DNA of 64,000 nt, from the NCBI GenBank assembly GCA_047601445.1, contig JASGJH010000001.1, positions 416,001 to 480,000 on the forward strand, given 5' to 3'. This DNA is from Myxococcales bacterium. Its GTDB lineage: Bacteria; Myxococcota_A; Polyangia; Polyangiales; DASUME01. Below the pieces are notes generated by a model that had not been told where the DNA came from, ran no database searches, and saw nothing but the letters and a program-made list of their open reading frames with translations. Below are positions 1 to 8,900 of this stretch, piece after piece; within the stretch, counting starts at the first letter, position 1, and every line of letters starts with the position of its first letter. The position numbers and the translations under genes are program-made.

Positions 1-1584
1 GCCCACCAAGATGCCTCCGCGTGGGTGGTGGACCTGACGCTGGGCGTCGAGGTCGGGGGCGGCTGGCTCGAGCGCCTGGAGTTGCCGGGGCTCGCGGGCT
101 TGCCAGCGGAGACCGAGCAGGTGGACGCCTGGTGGGAGACCGAAGCGGGGGACGAGGTGCGGCCCGAGGTGCGCGTGCGCGAGGCACAGCTCGAGCTGCG
201 CTTCACGCGTGCGAGCGCGCCACGCCGGGGAGTTCACCGCCTGCGGGTTCGCTACACGCTGGCGGCCGGGGCCGGGGCGCTGATGCCCGAGGCGCCGAGC
301 TACGAGGCCGAGGGGGCCCAGACGCTGGCCTGGACCCTGCCGGGCTGGGAGAGCGGCCTGACCCACGCCAAGGTGCGCTGGCTCGTGCCCAAGGGCACCC
401 ACGCCACGCGAGATGCCGCTTCGGCGCAGCAGATCAGCGAGCGGGCGGTCGAAGGGAATCGGCGAGAGATCAGCTTCGAGCGCGTTCATGTGCCGCGTGA
501 GTCCCCGTGGCGGGTAGCGGTGGTGATTCCGGGAGCAACCCTTGGAGATTCACCGTCGATGACGAAGCAATCGGTCCGCGACCCGCTGGCGGATCTCCGT
601 GCGCGCTGGCCGTTCGGGCTGGCCACGCTCGGCGTGGGGCTGCTTTCGTGGGCAGGACGTCGCCGCGCTCGGGCCTGGGCGGCGCGCGAGGGCGCAGCTG
701 CAGAGGCCTGGTGGTCGCGCCCCCTCGGACGAGCTTTGGGTTCGCGTGCGAACCTCCATGTCGGCGCAGCGCAGCTGCTGCTTGCGGGGCTTACGGTGGT
801 GCTCGGCGAGCAGGCCCTCGGGCCGGCCCTGGTGTGCGTGGTCGTGATGACGTTGCTGGCGGTGGAGAGCGTGGTGCCAGCGCCGGCAGCTCGCAGCGAG
901 GGACACTTCGGCCACTTCGAGGCGATTTCAGGGCGCGCGCTCGCGGATGCGCGTCGCGGGCGCTGGCGCGAGCGTTTTGGGCCAGGTGCCGTACTGGACG
1001 CGGGGAGCGTGTTCGGCGGGCTCGCCCTGGGCGCGTGCGCGGTGGCGGCGTGGTTCGGAGCGCAGACGTCGATCCATGGCCAGCGCGCGGCGTGGGCGCT
1101 GGTGATGGCGTGCGGCGTGATCCCGCTGCTGGCTGGAGCGCGTGTGCGGCTGCCGCGCTCGTTGAACGAGCGTGTCGTGAGCTTGGCCGTCGAAGCCGCC
1201 AAACTAGAGCTGATGGGCGTGGGCTTGCGCTTGATTTGGCGCAAGACGAGCGAGGATCGCCGCAGTGAGCCGCGCCTGCGCGTGGTGCCTGCGCGTCCGC
1301 ACCAGGGACTCTTGCGCATCGACGTGATGGCGGACTCACGTCCCTCGAATCCGAGCCTGGTGCTGTGCGTGGTGGTGCTCTCCGACTCGAGCGCGGCGCG
1401 CGCTTTGGCGAACGCCTGGTCGGGCGCCGCGAACGTGCAGAGCGGCGCCGGAAAGCGTACCGCCTATGTCGTGCCTTGCGCGGATCTCGCGCGCGACCTC
1501 GAGGGCTTGCTCGGAGTGCTCGCGGAGTACGAGCGGCGCGCCGTGGAGAGCCTCGCTACGGATCGAGCGCGCGAAGCGGCCTAG
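1..1584 (+). CDS. Hypothetical membrane protein, 5'-truncated by the window edge
   Basis: The frame is open from base 1 to TAG 1582-1584. The N-terminal part is beta-rich and soluble, followed by several hydrophobic segments (WPFGLATLGVGLLSW, LVCVVVMTLLAV, WALVMACGVIPLLAG). Confidence 0.6.
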   Translation, partial: AHQDASAWVVDLTLGVEVGGGWLERLELPGLAGLPAETEQVDAWWETEAGDEVRPEVRVREAQLELRFTRASAPRRGVHRLRVRYTLAAGAGALMPEAPSYEAEGAQTLAWTLPGWESGLTHAKVRWLVPKGTHATRDAASAQQISERAVEGNRREISFERVHVPRESPWRVAVVIPGATLGDSPSMTKQSVRDPLADLRARWPFGLATLGVGLLSWAGRRRARAWAAREGAAAEAWWSRPLGRALGSRANLHVGAAQLLLAGLTVVLGEQALGPALVCVVVMTLLAVESVVPAPAARSEGHFGHFEAISGRALADARRGRWRERFGPGAVLDAGSVFGGLALGACAVAAWFGAQTSIHGQRAAWALVMACGVIPLLAGARVRLPRSLNERVVSLAVEAAKLELMGVGLRLIWRKTSEDRRSEPRLRVVPARPHQGLLRIDVMADSRPSNPSLVLCVVVLSDSSAARALANAWSGAANVQSGAGKRTAYVVPCADLARDLEGLLGVLAEYERRAVESLATDRAREAA

Positions 1585-1599
1585 AGGTGTCCGCGAGGC

Positions 1600-2523
1600 T
1601 CAGCCGACGCTTAGCCATGTGGGCATGAACAACAACAGAAACCAGGCCAAGGTTACGTAACCCAGCAGGCGCCGCGTGGGCGTGAGTTCGCTGGGCTCGG
1701 TCGGCGGATGCTGATCTCCGTTCATGCGCGTCATGATGGCGAGGATCACTCCCCACAGCATCCAGTTGGCGCCACCCATCAGTGCCACCTCGAGTTGCTC
1801 TGCGGACGCGTTTTGAGACCACGCGTACAGGCCTTTGCCACAGCTGATGGCCAGGCCCACGAGGAACAATCCCCGCCGCACGTAGCGCGAGTAGGTATCC
1901 TGCTTGGGCCCCAACAGTGCGTAGGCCACGTGACCTCCGTCGAGCTGCCCCGCGGGCACCAGGTTCATCATGGTGACGAGCAGCCCGACCCAGCCCGCGA
2001 AGGCGGTCGGTGAGAGAAAGATGTCCTGGCCGGCGGGGATGGGACCCTTGAGAAGCCAGAGTAAACCTTCGTAGAACAGTGAGTGGCCTTCGGCGGTGCC
2101 TCCGGCGACGAGCGGGGCGACCTCGGAGTGCACGATGCCGTACACGAGGATGGGGATCGCCACCGTCAGCCCCGCGAGCGGACCCGCTGCTCCGATGTCG
2201 AGCAACGCGTTGCGCTGGCGAATGGGGGCGCGCATCTGGATCACGGCGCCCATCGTGCCGATCAGTGTGAACGGCAAGGGCAGGGGGATGAAGAAGGGGG
2301 GCGAGACATCGACCCCGTGGATCCGCGCGGCGACATAGTGGCCCATCTCGTGGCAAAGCAGGATGGTCATCAAGGGCAATGCAAACGCATAGCCCCGCCA
2401 GAGCTCGAACGGGTCCGAGATGCCCTGCTGCAAGGCGCCCGCGTAGAGTGTGGAGCCGAGGGTCAGCACGAGCAGCACGGCGGCTCGTCGGAAGTCACGG
2501 CGTGCACGTGTGGGGTCGCTCAT
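1600..2523 (-). CDS. Site-2 protease, M50 family intramembrane zinc metalloprotease
   Basis: HEMGH (HExxH), IGAAGPLAG and NLVPAGQLDGGH (NxxPxxxLDG) motifs with multiple TM helices. The start is taken at MSDPTR (CAT 2521-2523), which overlaps the upstream stop by 4 nt. Confidence 0.93.
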   Translation of the reverse strand: MSDPTRARRDFRRAAVLLVLTLGSTLYAGALQQGISDPFELWRGYAFALPLMTILLCHEMGHYVAARIHGVDVSPPFFIPLPLPFTLIGTMGAVIQMRAPIRQRNALLDIGAAGPLAGLTVAIPILVYGIVHSEVAPLVAGGTAEGHSLFYEGLLWLLKGPIPAGQDIFLSPTAFAGWVGLLVTMMNLVPAGQLDGGHVAYALLGPKQDTYSRYVRRGLFLVGLAISCGKGLYAWSQNASAEQLEVALMGGANWMLWGVILAIMTRMNGDQHPPTEPSELTPTRRLLGYVTLAWFLLLFMPTWLSVG

Positions 2524-2840
2524 CGATCGGGTGCTCCCACGAGGCGCTCCATCAGCGCCTGCAGCGTGAGCTCTTCCGAGCGCTGCACCTCCGCGGCTTG
2601 CGAGTCGATGCGACACCCTCCGCGCGCGATGGAGGGATCGACGGTGATCTCGAGCATGGAGCCCCGCGCGCTAGAGAGGGTGGGCACGCGCAGCTCGCCG
2701 CGCTGCTCGAGGTCGGCGGGATGCACCCTCAGGGTCAACACGGGCGGGGGAGCCTGCTCGGGCTGACGTGAGAGCAGGTCGCGCACGCTCGGAGCCGCCT
2801 GGGCGCTGGGTGCCTCAACCTTCGGGAGTCTGCGCAGCAT
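2520..2840 (-). CDS. Short FliH/SctL C-terminal-domain-like protein
   Basis: LTLRVHPADL...ITVDPSIARGGCRIDS resembles the conserved C-terminus of FliH/SctL stator proteins. At 106 aa it lacks the long N-terminal coiled coil. Confidence 0.6.
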   Translation of the reverse strand: MLRRLPKVEAPSAQAAPSVRDLLSRQPEQAPPPVLTLRVHPADLEQRGELRVPTLSSARGSMLEITVDPSIARGGCRIDSQAAEVQRSEELTLQALMERLVGAPDR

Positions 2841-3222
2841 GGTCGTGGAGTTCCCTCGCTTCTCGTCGTGCCCAGTACAGCAAGGTTTGAACGAGCTCTG
2901 GTTCCGCACTGTAGTCCGTCCGGGCTTCGCTCGCGCCGTCCAGCAAGCGGCGTCCCGCCGCGCGTGGGACGTGGCGAGCGAGCAGCGCTCGGGCGCGCAC
3001 GGGTAAATCCTCGAGCCTGTGTGGTTCGGCGCGGACTTCGTCGACCAGGTCGCGCACGAGACGCCGCTTGGCCTCGGCTGTCTCGCCGCCAGCATCGAGC
3101 GAGCGAAGCCGCGCGCACGCCTGCTGGCGCAGCTCGGGCAATAGTGCCACCTGCTCGAGTGCGCGATCTCCCCACAACAAGCCGGCGAGGACAAGACCCG
3201 CGCTTTTTCGCTCGCTCCACAC
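2815..3222 (-). CDS. Hypothetical helical protein
   Basis: 135-aa ORF with plausible composition. It overlaps the FliH-like ORF by 26 nt and has TGCTAAGGA just upstream. Confidence 0.55.
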   Translation of the reverse strand: MWSERKSAGLVLAGLLWGDRALEQVALLPELRQQACARLRSLDAGGETAEAKRRLVRDLVDEVRAEPHRLEDLPVRARALLARHVPRAAGRRLLDGASEARTDYSAEPELVQTLLYWARREARELHDHAAQTPEG

Positions 3223-3310
3223 GGAGACATCCTTAGCACGGCGGTTTTCGGCCGGGGCTTGCTAGACTCTCGCGGCGCCGCCGTCTGCGCGCCCAGGTCT
3301 GTTCCACACC

Positions 3311-4312
3311 ATGAGCCAAGCCGTTCGCATCACGTTCGTCCGTCACGGAGAGTCCCTGTCCAATCACGCCCAGAGGTGGCAAGGACAAGGCGACTCACCC
3401 CTCTCGGAGTTGGGCCGCAAGCAGGCCCGCGCACTGGGGCAAAGGCTCGCGGGACGCCGCTTCGATCGCGTGGTCGCTTCGGACCTCGCGCGTGCGGTCG
3501 ACACGGCTCGCGCCACCGGGTTTGCATTCGAGCAGGAGCGCGCGCTTCGGGAGTTCGATGTCGGCGTCTGGGAAGGGCTGACCCGCGACGAGGTCGCGAC
3601 GCGCTATCCGGAGGAGATCGCTCGTCTCAAGGCCGGTGAGGATCTTCCGCTGGGCGGCGGTGAGTCTTTCGCGACGTTCTCGCTGCGCGTGGACGCAGCG
3701 TTGGCGAGGCTGCGCGACGCGCTGGAGCCTGGTCAGCACGCCCTCGTGGTCTGTCATGGAGGTGTCATCGGCGCGGCGCTCTCGGGTCTGTTGGGCTTGC
3801 GCGGTGGCCGTCGGTTCCCCCTCGCCAGTGCCAGCAACACGTCCATCAGTGAGGTGGTGCTCAGCGGGGAGCGCCGCGATCAGGTGCTGCTGCGGGTGTT
3901 CAACGACGCGCGCCACATCGCCGAGCTCACGCGCTGGCCTACCTTCGAGATCAAGCACGGTTGCATGGCCCTCGTGTGCGACGGTCCGCCTGCTTCGGCC
4001 TTCGGCCGCTTCGAGGCGCACTACGATGCCCACGGCAGCTTGCTCGAGCTGTCACCCGACGAACAGCGCGAGGTCCCCGCGTTGCGTCTGCGCAGCGTGA
4101 TGAGCGCGCTCGGACAGCGTCATCCCGAGCAGCGTGTCTCGGTCTCGGCGCCCGCCGACGTGATCCACAGCTGGGCGTCCAGCGCGCTTTGGCCCGAACC
4201 ACCGAGCTCGGTGCGCCTCGACCCGCCGCGCAGCGGCCAGCTGTGCCACGTGGGCAGCTGGGGAGAGGGGCCGGTGCTGCAGGACTACGGGGTGTCTCTC
4301 GCGGACGACTAA
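3311..4312 (+). CDS. Histidine phosphatase (phosphoglycerate mutase-like) family protein with C-terminal extension
   Basis: FVRHGES, QGQGDSPLSELGRKQA, SDLARAVDTA, LREFDVGVWEG, GGES and VVCHGG motifs. Confidence 0.92.
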   Translation: MSQAVRITFVRHGESLSNHAQRWQGQGDSPLSELGRKQARALGQRLAGRRFDRVVASDLARAVDTARATGFAFEQERALREFDVGVWEGLTRDEVATRYPEEIARLKAGEDLPLGGGESFATFSLRVDAALARLRDALEPGQHALVVCHGGVIGAALSGLLGLRGGRRFPLASASNTSISEVVLSGERRDQVLLRVFNDARHIAELTRWPTFEIKHGCMALVCDGPPASAFGRFEAHYDAHGSLLELSPDEQREVPALRLRSVMSALGQRHPEQRVSVSAPADVIHSWASSALWPEPPSSVRLDPPRSGQLCHVGSWGEGPVLQDYGVSLADD

Positions 4313-5121
4313 GAGGTGAGGGCCGCGCTCAGGCCTTCGAAGTCGTCCACATGTACCCAGTGGCCGGCCTGCGGCAAGACGTGCAACCGGAACTGTTTAG
4401 GATGGCTGGCTGCCAGTCGCTCGAAGCGCGCGCGGTCCTCGGCGCGCCACACCGCCGAACGACCACCGATGACGACGTCGACGCGCGCTTGCGAGCCTTC
4501 GATGACCGGCCACAGGTCGAGGCTGAAGTAGTCGCTCAAGAGTTCACGGATGCCTCGCGTGTCGAGCCGCAATCGAAAGCCCTCGCTGGTGCGTTCCAGG
4601 TTCATCCCCAGCCATTCGGCGATGGGGCGGGACTGGCCCTCGGCTACGACACGTTCCAGAAACATTTCGCGGGTGGCGAACGGGCCCGGTAACCGCTCGA
4701 GCAGGGACAGGATCTCGTAGGTCTGTTCCGAGCCGTAGGCGTTTTCGCGGGCGCCGGGCATGCTGTCGAGCAGCATCACGCGCTCGAGGTCCGGACGCTG
4801 GGCGTGGAAGGCCAGGGCCACCTTGCCGCCGAAGCTATGGCCCAGCACCTGAGTGACCGGCGTGGGCAATCCTTCGATCAGCCGGACCAGGTCGTCTGCA
4901 CAGGCTTGCACCGAATGCGGCTCCGGGAAGTTCTGGGAGCGACCGTGCAGACGCAGGTCCACCAGCACGGCCGAGAGTCCGGGGTCTGCTTGGACCAGAC
5001 GCTGCGCCAGACTTCGCAGGTTACTACCACTGCCGAGGATGCCATGGAGGATGAGGACTGAATGACTCGCCTCGGTGTCCTTGGGACGAACCAAGCTGGT
5101 GTTCAACGCAGGGACGAACAT
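4309..5121 (-). CDS. Alpha/beta hydrolase (YbfF/ABHD11-like esterase)
   Basis: LHGILGSGSN, DLRLHGRS, GHSFGGK nucleophile elbow and AGHWVHVD. Confidence 0.9.
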   Translation of the reverse strand: MFVPALNTSLVRPKDTEASHSVLILHGILGSGSNLRSLAQRLVQADPGLSAVLVDLRLHGRSQNFPEPHSVQACADDLVRLIEGLPTPVTQVLGHSFGGKVALAFHAQRPDLERVMLLDSMPGARENAYGSEQTYEILSLLERLPGPFATREMFLERVVAEGQSRPIAEWLGMNLERTSEGFRLRLDTRGIRELLSDYFSLDLWPVIEGSQARVDVVIGGRSAVWRAEDRARFERLAASHPKQFRLHVLPQAGHWVHVDDFEGLSAALTS

Positions 5122-5459
5122 CTGGCGCGGAACCTAACCTCAAGCTGTGGACCCTGACAGCAGACTGAGTGAAATGCCTCACTTGGGGTGGCCGGAAGCG
5201 TGGCGTTGCGGTCACAACCACAGCTCGGAGGGGTAGCAGTAGCCTATTTTGTTCGGGTGGATGTGGGAAACGTCTTGACATGCCCTCCAGGATTGAGAAG
5301 GTAAGGGGCCCGTGAGCGAGCACTGCTCCGGAGGCTCGCTTGGTCTACGACCGATGGTTAGAGGCGTAGGACTCAGCGGGTTGACGGTTTCGCAGCGTGA
5401 GCTTGCCGGGGGGGCAGCAGGCAGCCGGCGCGCGACGCCGCAAGCGGAGAGACGACGGT

Positions 5460-5666
5460 ATGGCAGTTGGAACGGTCAAGTGGTTCAACGATGCGAAGGG
5501 CTACGGCTTTATTCGGCCAGAGAGCGGGGGCCCCGATGTCTTCGTGCACTATCAGCAGATCGTAGGTGACGGCTTCAAGACCCTCGAAGAGGGGCAGACC
5601 GTGGAGTTCGAGTTGAAGGAAGGCCCGAAGGGCATGCTCGCCGAGAAGGTCGCCAAGGTCAGCTGA
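5460..5666 (+). CDS. csp: Cold-shock protein (CspA family)
   Basis: [18 protein letters not shown] (RNP1) and DVFVHY (RNP2), [18 protein letters not shown] upstream. Confidence 0.97.
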   Translation: MAVGTVKWFNDAKGYGFIRPESGGPDVFVHYQQIVGDGFKTLEEGQTVEFELKEGPKGMLAEKVAKVS

Positions 5667-5734
5667 AGTAACTCGAGCTTCGTCGGGCTCGACCTGGGCG
5701 GCTCGCTCCGCCAAAGGGTCCCGCCACGCGCTCC

Positions 5735-5771
5735 GAACGCCGCGCTCCGAAAGGACGCGGCGTTCTTCTTT
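5735..5771 (+). terminator. Probable intrinsic terminator after csp
   Basis: GAACGCCGCG-c-TCC-GAAA-GGA-CGCGGCGTTC hairpin followed by TTCTTT. Confidence 0.8.
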
Positions 5772-5997
5772 GATTCACCCGAACCCGCTCGCGCTCCGAC
5801 GCGACGCCGAACCCCCACCCGCCAGCTACACGTGCTGGCAGTGGGAGAGGGTAGGCGCGTAGCGCGAAACTGCGGTGCCCGTCGCAGCGACCTGCATGTA
5901 CGCATCACCAACGCGAGATAGTCCGCGTGCGCGTGCTGATATGCTCGTAGGTCCAAATTCCCTGGCTGCGCCGCCGCGCTGAGTGTGTCCACGCAAC

Positions 5998-8900
5998 ATG
6001 ACGAACCATCACAAGGAAACGGGTTTTTCTTCGCTGCTTGCCGATGTTCGCAAGCGCCCTGATGATCTTGCCGGTTGGGATGAGCTCGAAGCGTATGCGG
6101 CTTCCGAGCAGACTCCCGAGCCCGTGGCAGAAGCGTACGCGGAGATCCTCGCGCGCGATTTGCCGCTGGCCGTGGCGAAACGCCTGGGCGAGCACGCGCT
6201 GCGCTTCTGTGAGGAATGGTTCGCCGACGAAACACCGCTGATGCAGGCGGTGCTGCTGCGCGTGTTCGATCGCGACCCCGCCGATGAAGCGGTGTTCGAC
6301 CGACTCTCGATGGGCCTGACAGCGACCGGGTCATGGGAGCGTCTGCTCGAGGTGTACGAGAAGGCGGTGGACGCGACCGATAGCCTCGAGCGCCGCATCC
6401 AGTTGCTCGACGACGCGGTGCGGGTGGCCAAGGACCTCGCGCACGACACCGATCGCGCCATCGTGTTCATGAAGCGCCTGGTGCCGCTACGCCCCAGTGA
6501 CAACGCGCTGCGTAGCGCACTGGAGCGCCTGTTGGAGCGCGGCGAGCGCTGGCGGGAGCTGATCGCACTCTGGGATTCAGGGACCCAGGGGGCATCGCCC
6601 GAGACCGCGGCGCGCATCAAGGTGCAGATTGCGTCGTGCTGGCTCGACCGCCTGAAGAACGCGCCGGCCGCGCTCGAGGTGCTGCGCAAGGTGCTGGAGA
6701 ACGGCCCGGGTCACGTGGATGCCCTGGCGTTGAGCGAGCGCTTGCTCGGGTCCGAGGACGCTTCGACCGGTACGCGCCGCGAGGTGCTCGACCTGCTGCG
6801 CAAGACCTTCCTGCGCGGCAACCGACCGCTCGACGTGGCCCGCGTGGTGCGCGCGAGCCTGAGCTTTGCGCAAGGGCAGGAGCGCGAGCAGCTGCACCGC
6901 GAGGCCGCCAAGTTGTGGCTCGAGCAGGGCGCGGGCAGCGAAGCGCTGAGCGACCTGGGCGAGCTGTTCGTGCTGCGTCCGGAAGACGAGCAGCTGGCCA
7001 GCGAGAGCGCGGAGCTCTCGAGCAAGCTGGGGGAGCAGGGCCGCTGGGTCGGCTACCTCGAGCGCGCGGCGCAACACACGTCGCAGCCCGTGCGCGCGGC
7101 CCAGCTGCGCTTGCGCGCGGCCACGCTGGCGCACGATCCGGTCGGCGACACCGAGCGGGCCATTGCGCTGTGCGAGCGGGTGTTCTTGGACGACGCGGAG
7201 TCGGGTCTGGCGCTCGACGCCGGGCGCGCGCTCGACGCATTGCTCGAGGCGAACGGCCGGCACGCTGCGCGGCTCTCGGTGCTGGAGCGACTGGCCCGGC
7301 TCGAGACCGACGTCGAGCGCCGTCGAGAGGTGCTCGGCGCGTTGGCTCGCCTCGCGAGCACGCAGGGTGCAGGCGCCCGGGCGGTGTCCACCTGGTTGAA
7401 GCGGCTCGAAGAAGACCCGCAAGACCGCGAGGCGCTGGACGGGTTGGTGGAGCTCTACGAGGGAAGCCAGGACTACCGCGCGTTGGTCGACGTGCTGCGG
7501 CGACGGGTCGCGCTCAAGGAAGGGGCTGCTGGCGGCCGTGATTTGGCGCGCATCGCCGAGGTTCACTCCGAAGCACTCGACGAGATCGAGTCGGCCCTGA
7601 AGGCATGGGGCGAGCTGCACTCCGTCGCGCCGGACCTGGTCGCTGCGCTCCACGTGGGGGACTTGCTGCAACGCGCCGCCACGCGTGAAGGCACCCGCAC
7701 TGCGCGCGTGCTGTGCGCCCTCGGTGACGCCTACCGCGTGCTGCTCGGGGAAGCCGAGCGCGCGCTGTTCTACTACGCGCGTGCGCTCGCCAGCGACGCT
7801 AGCTTGGCGGCGGCCCAGACGGGGCTCGGCGCGCTGCTGGAGAACGACGCAGTGCGAGCCGGGGCGGCGGATGCCCTGGCCGGTGCCTATGCTTCCACCG
7901 AGAACAGCGAAGGCTTGCTCTCGCTGTTGCCCCACCGCCTGTTCGGCGCCAGCACCCCGAGCGAACGCGCGCGTCTCTTGCGCCAGGCCGCGATGTTGGA
8001 GGAGCGCAAGGAGCAGAGTGCCCGGGCCTTTGCACACTTGTGCGCGGCCCTGGTCGAGGACCCGGAGTCCAGCGCGAACGACTCCGACTTGCGCCGTTTG
8101 GCCCAACAGGAGGCCGGCTGGCAGGCGTTGGCCGATGCCGCGCTTTCGGCCTCCGGCAAGCTCGCTGCCGAGAGCCCGCGAGTGGCGCAGCTGCGTGCCC
8201 TGGAGGGTGAGATTGCGGAACGCGCACTCGATGACTCGGGGCGCGCGCTGGAAGCGTACTCGAGCGCCCTTCGCGTGTCGCCGACCGACACCAGCCTGGC
8301 GCGCACGGTCGTCCGCGTCGGCGCGGCGCGCGGCGAGTACAAGCTGGCATTCGAGGTGGTGCTCGCGGCCGCCCAGAAGGCCGATCAAGTTCCCGATGAG
8401 CTACTCGCGTTGATCGAAGCTCAAGTCGAGGGCGAAACAGCCTACCGCGGCCTGACGCGGGCGGCCGAGGAGTCCCTCGAGTCGGCGCGGCTGAATGCGC
8501 CCGTGAAGCGCGAGCTCGCGACACGCATCGCCGGCTGGCAAGAGAAGCACTGTCAGGACCTCGAGGCAGCACAGAGCCTGCTCCAGAAGGCCTATCAGTT
8601 GGGGGCTCCGCACGCGGAGACCTTGCGCCGCCTGATCACCGTGCAACGGCGCGAGCCGGGCCAGGCCCTGTTCGGATCGCTGATGGCGTTGGCCGAGCTC
8701 TCGCAGGAAGAGTTCGCGGCGCTGATCGAAGCGCAGGAGCTGGCGCGCGACGTCTTGCGCGACGGCGACCTCGAGCGGCGCGTCCTGGGGCTCACCTTCC
8801 GCCGCAGCGCCACGGCGCTCCTGCAGGGACAGAAGCAGGTCGCCGGGCTCTCGCTGGAGCAGCTCGCCAACGGCTCCGCCCTGCGCATCGCGGAGCTTTC

